Assembly (NCBI GenBank): GCA_029953675.1
Contig: JAMWBK010000003.1
Coordinates: 3,162,001-3,226,000, forward strand
Source of the DNA: Rhodosorus marinus CCMP1338
Lineage: Eukaryota; Plantae; Rhodophyta
DNA length: 64,000 nt
Direction of reading: 5' to 3'
Shown: positions 49,703 through 59,749 of the stretch, in pieces
Layout of the letters: each line of letters opens with the position of its first letter
Numbering within the stretch: the first letter of the stretch is position 1
Program-made: the position numbers and the translations under genes
The notes under the pieces: generated by a model
Database searches by the model: none
What the model was told of the DNA's origin: nothing
The model's input: only the letters and a program-made list of their open reading frames with translations

Positions 49703-51479
49703 CTATCTATAATTCTCGTAGAATCCGTTGGTTTCCCTCTGCTTGTCTACCGTGCTCTGGTGCAACCGAACATCCTAAACGACCATTGCGGAAAAATATA
49801 AACAATAATCAGAGCACTGCTGAGCCAATACCCAACCCGATTATCTTGATCTAATCGCGTTCGAGTTAATTGTTCGTCCGGCTGCGCTTCGAGTTAGAAG
49901 CCTTACCGGATCCAGGTCATCCTCATCATCGGAAGGGTAGTAAGTAGGAGGAAGTTCCTGCATTTGAACGCTAGGGGCGGCAGTGATACTTCTGAGATTC
50001 TCCATCACTTTGACTTTCAGCTTCTCCAAGTACTCCTTTCCGTTTTTGTTTTCGATGCTCATCTCTTTTATGTGCAGGTTGAAGTCCGGGGCGAAGTAGT
50101 CCCAAAAGTCCTGGAAGATCAACAGCGAAAAGGGCCGGAACACAAACGCTTAAGGGCGGAAAGGGAAACCATTCACTCGGTGTGACACTCAAGGGCTCAC
50201 GTTGTATGGGATCCTATCGCTGATCTCTGAATCCAGAAGAACTGACGTCTCATGAGTCCAGCATCTCGCGACTGATCTTATTTTGTAACCACCTCCACCA
50301 AGAACGAGTGTAGGAATCCCAAAGCTCTTGACAAACCTCACACACTAGAACAGACACAGACAGAATCCCTTCAGTAACGGAAACAACCACGAAAGCAATA
50401 CGAGTTGCCAATTGCCAAATCTGCGAACTCACCTCGCCATGGCCTTTAGTTGTTAGGTTAAAGCAACCCAATCGGTCTCCCGCGAGGGAGTCTGCACCAC
50501 ATTGGAGGACCACAGCCGATGGCTGGAAGATTTCCATCACCTTTCGGATCACAGGTTGGAAGTTTTGTCTGTAGGACTCGTCCGTGATGCCGTCTTTAAG
50601 AGGAAAGTTAACCGCGTAGTACTCCCCAGACCCTGCTCCCTTGTCCCAAATGTCACCTGTCCCCGGGAAGAACATGTCCCCAAACTTGTGAAAGGAGACC
50701 GTCATAACACGGTCAGTCACATAAAACGCTTCTTCCACTCCGTCCCCATGGTGGACATCAATGTCTATGTACAGAACTCGGGGGAAGAACTTGAGAAGTT
50801 CGAGAATCGCGAGAACTATGTCGTTGATGTAGCAGAACCCAGAAGCCTCCGACTTTTTGGCATGGTGGAGTCCTCCAGCCCAATTGATCGCAATATCCGC
50901 GCTACCAGCCATCAGCTTTCGTGCACCGTCTATTGAGCTCGCAGCGTATTTTTGACAAAACTCGTACAATCCATCAAATAAAGGACAATCGCCCTTCACG
51001 CTAAACTTCTGAAGCTGCTTTGCATGGTTCTGAGCAATGTCCGGAGTAACCCGCCGCAGAAATTCCACATAGTCCTCTGCGTGGAACTGAGAAAGCTCCT
51101 TTGCAGACGCATGTCGGGGCCTATAGACGTCCTGAGAACCAAGAATAAAGCGCGGCAAGAAGGGAAATTAGACCCTGACGACCTGAAGGCGCTGAGAGCT
51201 GCTCCATAGCCCAAGGCTTGTACGGGAGCCCGTGCACGAGTGCGTTCCACGAGCCGACAAGACAATCATAACTTGACCGAATACATGTTCCGTCCCGTGT
51301 TTTCCGTCGTCTTACAAAACCATTCAAGGACGACGTACCATCTTCTTGTACATCCCATACGCAAGAGTTAAATTGTGGACCATACTGATCCGATGGGGCT
51401 TCATTGGATGCTTCTGTCCGTAATAGTAACCCCCGACATCGTTGTCCATAAAATAGCAAACTCGGCTCTTCGGTTCCAT
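49703..51479 (-). CDS. RPD3: Class I histone deacetylase (RPD3/HDAC1-like), multi-exon
   Basis: [77 protein letters not shown]; last exon DVRLHQS..ENYR*. Confidence 0.96.
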
Positions 51480-52119
51480 CGCATCCCTATGTAAACACAC
51501 CCACCTCCAAGCACACTAGATCAAAGCGTCATACTCAAGTCCCGTATATGGGCAGCCGCTTTCCCCCTCCCCACGTCCCCAGTCCTCCTCCAACCCTATC
51601 CGTCCGGGTAAGATCTGGCCTACTTATATCCGCGTTTTCGTCCTGCAGGCGCCTTGCCAATCCGACATAGGCAATCTGTCGCAAAATAGGAATTCTGCGC
51701 TATAATTAGAAGGCATAATCCCATTTATTCGTATAGACAAAATTATAACATGTTGCAATACAGTAGTTTGGAACATTCTCGTCCATAACTTCGCCTGCGA
51801 TGATTCATAATTCTCTACGTCTCAAGCTATTTTTGAGCTTCCGTTGAATAATTGAACAAAGACGATCCTTAACCTGAGACTATTCACCAAATGTGTCTAA
51901 ATCCTCAGTTTCCTAGGCTGTTCTCTCGTTCTTTTCATTGTTCAACTCGGATTAACATTAATTTACGAACTATTCTACTTAGAATATTGTGATTGTATAC
52001 GGTTGGCAGGAATCAAAATCAAAATCTTTTTTCTGTGGGTGTCGTTTGGCTGGCCTCTTAAGAGTCCTCATCGAAGGCTTTCCTTCCCCCCGCAAGAATG
52101 GGGAGCAATACGATTCTGG

Positions 52120-54693
52120 TTACCAGTGAACTGTGGAAATTGCCTTCTCCACATCCTTCTGAGATATCTCCACCTCTCCCGGTCTGACCGGGCCCGTTAG
52201 GTTGTGGTGCGGTAACCACCGATTGCTTAGTACCTCCCCCATAGTAGGTCGTTTACCCGGTTCGGATTTGAGCAGCTGCTCCAGCAGATCTCTCACGCGC
52301 TTAGAAACGCTGGTATCCTTCGGGAATCTCACCCTTCCTGTTGACTTGGCCCTGAAGCTTTCTTCCCTAGTAGCTTCCTTGAACGGTTCCCTATCAAAAA
52401 GCATAGTGTACATAATCGCCCCGAACGACCACACATCCGCAGCCTGGCTGCCTGCAGAAATTCCAGATTCCACCTCCGGCGCTGCAAAATCAAAAGCATG
52501 GGAGCCGGACTGCCCATCCTCAGAAACAAATAATCCAGCTATCTTCACGTTTCCATCCCCAGATCTATAAATACAGTTGGGCCTCAATGATCCGTGGGCT
52601 ACGGGGACAGAATGCAGGTAGTACAGACCTCGCATAACATCGTACATTATTTCGAGGACGACTTCCTCGGGAAGGGCCCTAGTTTGCCTCCCCGGACGGT
52701 AGTCATAAACCATTCCACGGGACATGTACTCTTCCGCGAACACAGCGACACGTTTCTTCTCATCCCAGAACAACTCTTTGTGGAGCACAACGTGGGGGTG
52801 CAACAACTTCCGCAAAATGGCCACACGCTCAGCGTCAGGTTTGGAGATGAGACCCTTAACTGCCTTCATCATAAAGAAGCTCTTCTCTACCGGCGAGAGA
52901 ATCAAATAGCCGCGATCAGGCTCGCCGAGCTCACCTAGGATTATGTAGTTGCCGACTCTTCTGCCCTTGGATACCACGTTCCCACGCCATGAGTCCATTA
53001 GGGGATTGTATGACAACCTACTTGTCAGAACCTGGTCATCCATCTTCACGCGACATTTCTTTGGTACCAAGGAAGAAAGTCCGGTCAACCAAATCCTTAT
53101 CTCCTCGCTACTGCTGAGTTGGAACACAATTCGACGGCCTGCATTGTCTTCAAAAGACAGTTCGCGACCTTCGCTGAACAATTTCGACACCTTTGTTAAA
53201 GACAGCGTCCCAAATTCCTGTTTCTTCGACTTCCACATGACGCTGCTCAAGTCATTCCCTAGCCAAATCCATCGCTGCTTGAATATCTTTAGAGTGCCCT
53301 GCTTTTGCGCTCGGGTTCCCTTGAGGAGATCGACAATGCACTCGATGACGGTTCTATTCGGGGCAACACTGCAAGGGGTCATTTCAACGGCAGGACTCGT
53401 GTTCAACGGCACGGAATTCATCTGCGGCAGATTTGGCTCGCTAGCATCAGACTGGTGCGGATCATCAGTCACTTGCGTCTCAACTTCAAACTTTCCACCA
53501 TAGTCTACGTCATGGTCCTCCGGGAAATCGGTAGAGGCGACTGAGTCTGATCCTATGCTCTGCACAACGCTAACTGTTGACGCCTGGGAGCTGCTCCCTG
53601 CTTCGGAGTCCAGACTGACTTCCGACCTCAAAGAGCGCGACCCGCTTCTCTGCCTTGCACTCGAGGAAGCATCCTTTCCCGAAGCCTTCGTATTCATCGT
53701 ACTCCTCCCAATGAGCGAATTCAAGCTGGGTAACCCAGAGCCAGATCTGTTCGCACCGGAGCGTGCACGGTCTTCGCTAACTCGTACATTTAAGTGGTCC
53801 ACCGATTCCGACGGCCAACCTTGTGTTCCAATCACTGGGGCACTCAGTTTTCCTTTGGACTTCTCGGAACGGGCACGACCATTTGACCGGGGCCGTACTG
53901 AAGGTTCAACGGTCGGGGGCATGTTGTCCTGTTCAACTCCTACGTACCCATAGCTCCCGCTTCGTTTTGCTGGAGAGGGTGAGGGAGCTTGTAGTTCGGC
54001 AGCGTCGAGGGAGCCAGCCCTTCTCGAAACTTCCGTTTTGTCCTCACCGAGGGCGACGCGTCCCATTCTCACCAGCCCATCGGAAGTCGGGGCTCGGAGG
54101 GAGGCCGGCTCATTTAGATGGTTCGTACGTGGCGAAGGTGGAGGGCGATCAAGAGCCAATTCGTCTGAAACCCGGACATTGTCTTGTCCACCATCCAGAG
54201 ACCCCCTCCTCTTTTCCTCAACAGTCTTCCGCTCAGAACTTCCAACTCTCCTTCCCTTCTTGGACCTCTCCTTACGAAACACTACTCCAGCTACCGGCTG
54301 CGGAGACCGTGTCGGGGAGTCATCTGTAGATATTGCAGAGGACGGTGGAATAGATTCTGCAGATTCCGCCGAGAAAATCTGTCCACCACGGTGGGGAGCA
54401 TCCTGCGTGCTCTGTGAAGGGTTTCTCCGTTCCTTCTTTGACGATTCTATGGGTATCGCCACAGTATCTGCTACATTGACGGCGTCGTTGTCGCTCCGCT
54501 TTTGCCTCCGCAGCTCCTCCTCGTCCTCCTCACCGGACTCCTGACGACTTCCTCCGAAAAGGTTCGAAAGCTTAAGCCTTGAACCACTGGATTCTATCGA
54601 ATCTGCGAGAAATCGATAGTTCTGATCAACCTCAACCTCACCACCGGGAACCCAGTCCTCATCAGACCCCAAGTCGGACTCTTCAGACTCCAT
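52120..54693 (-). CDS. PH-domain plus CaMKK-like kinase-fold protein, predicted pseudokinase (intronless)
   Basis: Long Ser/Arg-rich N-terminus; PH domain (FKQRWIWL..EEIRIWLTGL); kinase fold with APE, DVWSFG and KRP retained, but HRD reads HGS and DFG reads GLF. Confidence 0.85.
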   Translation of the reverse strand: MESEESDLGSDEDWVPGGEVEVDQNYRFLADSIESSGSRLKLSNLFGGSRQESGEEDEEELRRQKRSDNDAVNVADTVAIPIESSKKERRNPSQSTQDAPHRGGQIFSAESAESIPPSSAISTDDSPTRSPQPVAGVVFRKERSKKGRRVGSSERKTVEEKRRGSLDGGQDNVRVSDELALDRPPPSPRTNHLNEPASLRAPTSDGLVRMGRVALGEDKTEVSRRAGSLDAAELQAPSPSPAKRSGSYGYVGVEQDNMPPTVEPSVRPRSNGRARSEKSKGKLSAPVIGTQGWPSESVDHLNVRVSEDRARSGANRSGSGLPSLNSLIGRSTMNTKASGKDASSSARQRSGSRSLRSEVSLDSEAGSSSQASTVSVVQSIGSDSVASTDFPEDHDVDYGGKFEVETQVTDDPHQSDASEPNLPQMNSVPLNTSPAVEMTPCSVAPNRTVIECIVDLLKGTRAQKQGTLKIFKQRWIWLGNDLSSVMWKSKKQEFGTLSLTKVSKLFSEGRELSFEDNAGRRIVFQLSSSEEIRIWLTGLSSLVPKKCRVKMDDQVLTSRLSYNPLMDSWRGNVVSKGRRVGNYIILGELGEPDRGYLILSPVEKSFFMMKAVKGLISKPDAERVAILRKLLHPHVVLHKELFWDEKKRVAVFAEEYMSRGMVYDYRPGRQTRALPEEVVLEIMYDVMRGLYYLHSVPVAHGSLRPNCIYRSGDGNVKIAGLFVSEDGQSGSHAFDFAAPEVESGISAGSQAADVWSFGAIMYTMLFDREPFKEATREESFRAKSTGRVRFPKDTSVSKRVRDLLEQLLKSEPGKRPTMGEVLSNRWLPHHNLTGPVRPGEVEISQKDVEKAISTVHW

Positions 54694-55237
54694 CCGTTGT
54701 ACGGACCAAGGCCAAAAAACAACCAAAACGAGCTAACGCAAGAGTACTCCAAAACTCCAGAACTCGACAAGTCACGAGCAACCGCTACATATCAGCAAAA
54801 GAACGTGCCTGATGACCACCACGACCATACACAAGCACCAAACATTGCACAAACATCCCTCGCCTCGGAATTTACCAAAGAAAAAGCTGGCCCAAGTCCC
54901 GTAGGCCAAAACCACTCGTCCCCATCAAACCTCCCTCCCTTTCTAAACCAAGTAAATTGTCCACCACCGCAACTGACGATAACCACCTCATCACCACTCT
55001 TCGAACAAAGTCAAACGACCCTTTCACCAAACTCATCGCTTCCCAACCAACAACACCTTTTTTCAAGACCTTTCGTGGACATATATGAACTAAATTTCTC
55101 AAACACATCCCAAAAAGAGCCACCGAACTGAACAGTTTTCCCTAAGACGTTGAACATCACTCTTTCTTTTTTTTTGCCCTAACAGTAGCAGAATTCATAT
55201 TAAAATAGTAATAACAGCAAGTACCAAGAACAGAAGC

Positions 55238-55633
55238 GGGGAGGGGGGGTGGGGGTCGGAAGGCAAGGACGGGAGGGGGGGTTCTGTGTAGTGAAGTAGC
55301 GAAAAGCACCATCGCGTGATCCTTTTGATACTTAATATTTTGGTGCATTTCTTTCCCCCGCTCTTTTTGGTTACCCCATTTTTTTGATTCTTGTCATCCG
55401 TTTTGGTTTACTTTTTTTATGCGTTCCCAGCACCATGGATTTCATTTCGAAAAAAAGAAGACAGCTCAGGGTTCGAGATTATCAGCTTCAAGGTGTTTTT
55501 GAGCCAAATTAAATACTCGTAAGAGGGGTTTGCAGATGGCGAAGAAATTATTGCAGGTTTGGATATACTGCGGGAGAGGGGGGGGTGGAAAGAAAACAGG
55601 AGGTCAAAGGGGGCAGATGGGCCGGGTGGGGGT
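55238..55633 (+). other. Two G-run clusters able to form G-quadruplexes
   Basis: GGGAGGGGGGGTGGGGG..GGGAGGGGGGG (~55238-55280) and GGGGGCAGATGGGCCGGGTGGGGG (~55609-55633). Confidence 0.5.
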
Positions 55634-55807
55634 AGAACCTGCGAGAATTGTTCAAATTGGTTTGGTATACTGTGTCTAGGAAGATTGTTTGGGGGGAGGT
55701 GGAATATGTTAAGATTAAAGGTTTGCTGCATTATTTGACAATTGAGATTGAAACACAGTGGGTGAGAGACGATTTTGAATAGTTGTTGGTGTGTTAGTCA
55801 TATAGGG

Positions 55808-55920
55808 TTGTGCGAAGTGGGCCGGGTTTTCCGCTGTTTACGACCCAGAAGTGGTTAAACCCGCGAAAACAGGGGGGTTTAGAGGGGTAAACAGCGAAAA
55901 ACCCGACCCACCTAGCACAA
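55808..55920. repeat. Inverted repeat with 34-bp arms (30/34 identical) and a 45-nt spacer
   Basis: Arms at 55808-55841 and 55887-55920, aligned by hand. Confidence 0.9.
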
Positions 55921-56034
55921 ACGTTGGCCGAAACAAAGAAATCAAGCGGCAGAAATCCCTTGGTAGCAAGCAATGAACGGGTAATATTGGCGGAGGGAAG
56001 CGTTTTCAAATTGTTTCGTATGCTGGATGCTTCC

Positions 56035-56098
56035 CGATGTTGCTTTCAATGACCAACCAGGATGATGCGATGTTGCTTTCAATGACCAACCAGGATGA
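56035..56098. repeat. Tandem duplication, 33-bp period with 31 bp identical
   Basis: CGATGTTGCTTTCAATGACCAACCAGGATGA at 56035 and at 56068. Confidence 0.95.
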
Positions 56099-56112
56099 AG
56101 TAGAAAGACATA

Positions 56113-56141
56113 GGGAGGACTGGTTCGATTCCGTGTCCCCC
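56113..56141 (+). promoter_or_regulatory. Pol III B-box/T-loop-like motif in a bulged hairpin
   Basis: GGTTCGATTCC at 56122-56132, enclosed by GGGAGGAC..GTCCCCC. An A-box-like TGACCAACCAG lies 39 nt upstream. Confidence 0.3.
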
Positions 56142-56364
56142 GGTGTTTTCTTCCCGCAGTGAGTAAGCAACGGAGCAACAGGACCTGGTTTTCGAGTTGC
56201 TCACTGGGCGACTTGGAGCGGAAGCCCGTTTTTGTTGATGGTCGGACGACCGGACCCCCAAAAGTTTGCTTCTAGCATTTCCGTTGTTCTGTCTAGCTTT
56301 CTTGGTTATGCTTTTCCACGCGGCGAGTTACGAAAAGTCGTTCACACCAGAATAGGAATGGGGT

Positions 56365-56465
56365 TGATGATCTAGAGAGCAGGATGAGCACTTTTGCATG
56401 GAACACTATATGTTCGTGCTTGCCTTTATTCGATTACTCTACCCCGGGTACATTAGCTCTGCTGA
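56365..56465 (+). ncRNA. Candidate box C/D snoRNA
   Basis: TGATGA (56365-70) and CTGA (56462-65). ATTAGCTCT just upstream of the D box is complementary to conserved 18S AGAGCUAAU. No terminal stem or clear C'/D' boxes. Confidence 0.3.
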
Positions 56466-56555
56466 GGTTACGTCAGCGTAAACTCGCAGCGGTTGCCGCG
56501 TTGCCGATCAGATCAGTGCCTATCAGTTGTACGGAACAACACAATTGACCGGATT

Positions 56556-57496
56556 TCACTCAGCATCAGGGCACATCAGAGACTCTGTTGTCGATACTTC
56601 TGTTATAGGATTTATGCCTTTCGCCTTCTTGCAGAGGCGTAGAACCTGTGTGAGGAGTGGACAGCAGGAGTCGATTCTCAGGGTTATGTTCTCACTGAAA
56701 TTTGAATCCCCATACGGAAAGGTTGGTGGTATGCTATTTACCGTCGCTGGATCAATAAGGGCGTCGGAAAAGTCTGCCCCAGTGATATCCGCACCGTCGA
56801 ACTTCACGCCAATGAGATTAGCCCCCTGCAGTTCTGTGTTGATTAGCTTTGCTCGTGTGAACTTCACCTTGGGCGCAAAGACATTGGTGAGTTTGGCTGA
56901 TGTGAAGTCCGCGTCACTGGACATAGTTTAGAGAAGGCGAAGATTCAGCTTCCAGTCGAATGATTCGCTTGCTCGCCGACACTTGTCGAACAGCAAGCGA
57001 ATATCCAATGTGAACAGAAGAATTTGTGCATGCACTTTTTTTCCGGTGCCACCTCGACGACGTAAAAGCAAAGACCTTCTTGGGTTCGTGTGACACGGGT
57101 ATTGACGTACGTGAAATTTGCATCCTCAACATTTGCGTTCGTCAGGTCAGCGTTTTTGAAGATCGCCGACTGGCAGTTAGCTTTTGTGAATATAGCACCT
57201 GGTTATGCAGCGCTCTCCTCACTTCAGCTGGAAGCGCAAAAGCCGTCCATTGGCGTTGAAGTTCGTATGACGATGGCCTTACCGACGAGGTCCTTCCGAT
57301 TGGTGAAGTCTGCCCCACCCAGGCTCTGGTTGTGATCATAGTTCAAGATCTCTCCAGCGATTACTGGAGCAGCAAATACAGATCCAGCAATAACAACAGC
57401 GGCGCCAAATTGACCTAGACTCCTTCCGCAAATCTTTAATTCATGTGACGGACTTTTATGCGCACAGACAAGGTTTCCTACGAAACAAGAGCTCAT
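56556..57496 (-). CDS. Thylakoid-lumen pentapeptide-repeat protein (TL17/TL20-like), multi-exon
   Basis: A(D/N)LxxA-type repeats (ADFTSAKLTN, ADITGADFSDAL); C-terminal LCKKAKGINPIT..TTESLMC; bipartite transit peptide MSSCFV..AAPVIA. Confidence 0.9.
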
Positions 57497-58097
57497 TATG
57501 TAGTCGCCGCGAACCAGCAGTAAATTTTCGGGACAGCCAGCTAGAAAATAGAAGAAGCCACTAATCGCCTTCAGCAATTCGCCAATGCTCACCCGGGATT
57601 ACACCACTCCAGGCTTCACTCGAGATACCAGGAAGAACTCGAATCGGCATATCACAACATGACGATTTGTGCGTGGATTTTTGATGGCCGCGAACGCAAA
57701 GTGAGAATCCATGCAGCACCGGTCATTTCGGTTTTCGCAAAGAACAGGCGAGGGCTGTGTTGAAGCTCATCAGTAGGTGACAGAAGTCGCCTATTTTCAC
57801 CCCTCAAATCCTCTCTGCCCTGCATCGAAGCATCCTCCTGTTCGAGGGTATGGAGTTCCTTGCATTGGTGCTATACTCAGGCGAGAGTGGGGAGGAGAGC
57901 GACTGCAATGCTACTATGACGGAAATTCGGAACTAGATGGTTCGGAGATAGTACAACGTGGCAATCGCTCCCTGAGCAACAGATGAGGACCTTCGGGTAG
58001 GTACGGAACTGTCATTTTCTATTTATTGGTACTGAACGCTACACCCGGGAAGCGACGAAAATTATCTGACGGGGGTCGAACTCCGAAACCGCAACTT

Positions 58098-58990
58098 TTA
58101 CATCATCTTTGCGAACAAGAACAAGTTTGACCCCTTCCCGCGGCTGATTCGGATCTTATCGTCGAGCTGTATGACAGGAACAAAATCAAAATTCCGTTCA
58201 GGATATTGGTGTGAGGGAACTTCTAGATTACATTTGCCTTGGTTGAAGCCGAGCTACTTACGTAATAAGTGTCAATAAATGTCTCCGGGACGGTGCCGCG
58301 AACTCGCTGGTAAATTTCTTCTACGGGAATGTCCAGCTTCAAGGCACCAAGGTCAAACCTTTCGAACGCGCTTCCGCCTTTGATGGTCGCCTTTTCTAAC
58401 GCGACTTCTAACCTCTCCGCCCCGACCGGAGTGAGTCGACCATTCGTGACGACAGTGCCAGTGAGCATGGGGAAAGCGGTGATGTCGATCTCGTTGATCA
58501 GCTCCCCAGTTTCCATTGAGATAGTCTGGCGTACTTGTCCGACTTCAACGAATGGACTCGCAGTTGATGCCAGTAGTGGGTTTGCTTTGTAGAAAGGTGT
58601 AGACAAGTAGATGAGGTTCCAACGCCCTTCGATTGCATCCGTCTCAACCGGAGCCGGGTTCGGGTTGTCTGCCTCAAGTGAGGCCACAATATCCTCAATT
58701 ATCGACTTCTGCTCGGAGGAAGCAGTCTGTCCTCTGTTCGTCACCGCACAAATCTCGAGGAGCTGGGTTGTGAGATCCGACCTCGACTGATTCACTCCAC
58801 TAGAACTGTCAATGTCTGCCGACGTCGGCACTGCCGTATCAGACGGCGCCTCATCCTCCGCCTCATCCATGTTCATTTTGAGCACACATCGTCGCTGACT
58901 CCTCAGATTAGCGCGCTGCTTACGTACGTTAGCACGACCCTGGACAAACGCACCACGGGCGCCTACAGCAATACCACTAATGAACGCCAT
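58098..58990 (-). CDS. Plastid lipid-associated protein / fibrillin (2 exons)
   Basis: LLEICAVTNRG..IEDIVASLEADNP..IEGRWNLIY; DTYY, intron, then LDDKIRISRGKGSNLFLF; MAFISG transit peptide. Confidence 0.92.
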
Positions 58991-59749
58991 ATCCACCTCA
59001 CACCCAAACCAAGTCTACACTTCGCAAAATCACAAACCTCTAGCCCTCCCAGAAAATTTGATGTTCACAGAATTCCTACCAAGCACAGTCAAATGAAATG
59101 CCCATTTCCCCTCCCACAATTCCCCTTCATGTAAATCCCGCATTCTTGCCGAAGCGGTTCGGTCGATCTACCGACTTCCCAACAGCAGCGTAACCCGCAA
59201 AGAACCGGTCAGAAACGCGATTATATCAGATTCTAATTAGTTAATAAAAATTAAATCTGTTGCCTATAGCCGGCGTTTTAAATCATCGTTCCTGACTGTA
59301 GACTCGGTAACTAGTGACTAGACCAGCCGGAGTTCAATTCTAACAAAAAACGAAATATCGAGGTGGACATTCAAGAGGGGGGGAACCAGAGCTTTGCAAA
59401 TAGATATCTTAATATATTGCTTTATTTAAATGCCCTTTTGCTAAGTACGAGCAAATTGGTATGGCAGAAGCATACTAACGGGGGAAACTAAAATATCTGG
59501 AAATTCTTTGTTTTTAGAAGAAACCGGGCAAATCCACAGCCTCTATCCATCCAATGAATGGTTTCCCATTCATATCGGTTCCCAGTTTGTCCAATAGAGT
59601 ATCTTGAATGGTCGTTCTTTTGGAATATTTTGTTGATTAGACGTAGAGTATTCCTTTTTAGGGCCAATGAAAAAGCTTTGCTTACAGTTAACGATATTTC
59701 CTATTGATCAGATTTTTTTGGAGATTCTGAAATACTCCAGCACTCACCC

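Noticed and set aside
51790-51885. C/D snoRNA-like GATGATT..CTGA
   Set aside because: The C box is imperfect and there is no convincing rRNA complementarity.
1242-54544. Numerous 60-190-aa ORFs antisense or off-frame to real genes (e.g. 1242-1745, 2144-2710, 54038-54544)
   Set aside because: Shadow ORFs of long GC-balanced coding regions, with no motifs.
56071-56145. tRNA gene around GGTTCGATTCC
   Set aside because: No 5' acceptor strand, D arm or anticodon arm, and the T-stem pairs only with a bulge. Kept only as a B-box-like motif.
56150-56270. SRP RNA resemblance (GCAACGGAGCA, GACTTGGAGCGG)
   Set aside because: The helix-8 GNRA stem does not close and there is no Alu domain.
58060-58095. 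Reverse-strand TTCGA tRNA T-loop
   Set aside because: The T-stem does not pair; it lies in the fibrillin 3' UTR region.
59553-59572. 8-bp perfect hairpin ATGAATGG-TTTC-CCATTCAT
   Set aside because: Expected occasionally by chance in 64 kb; no context.
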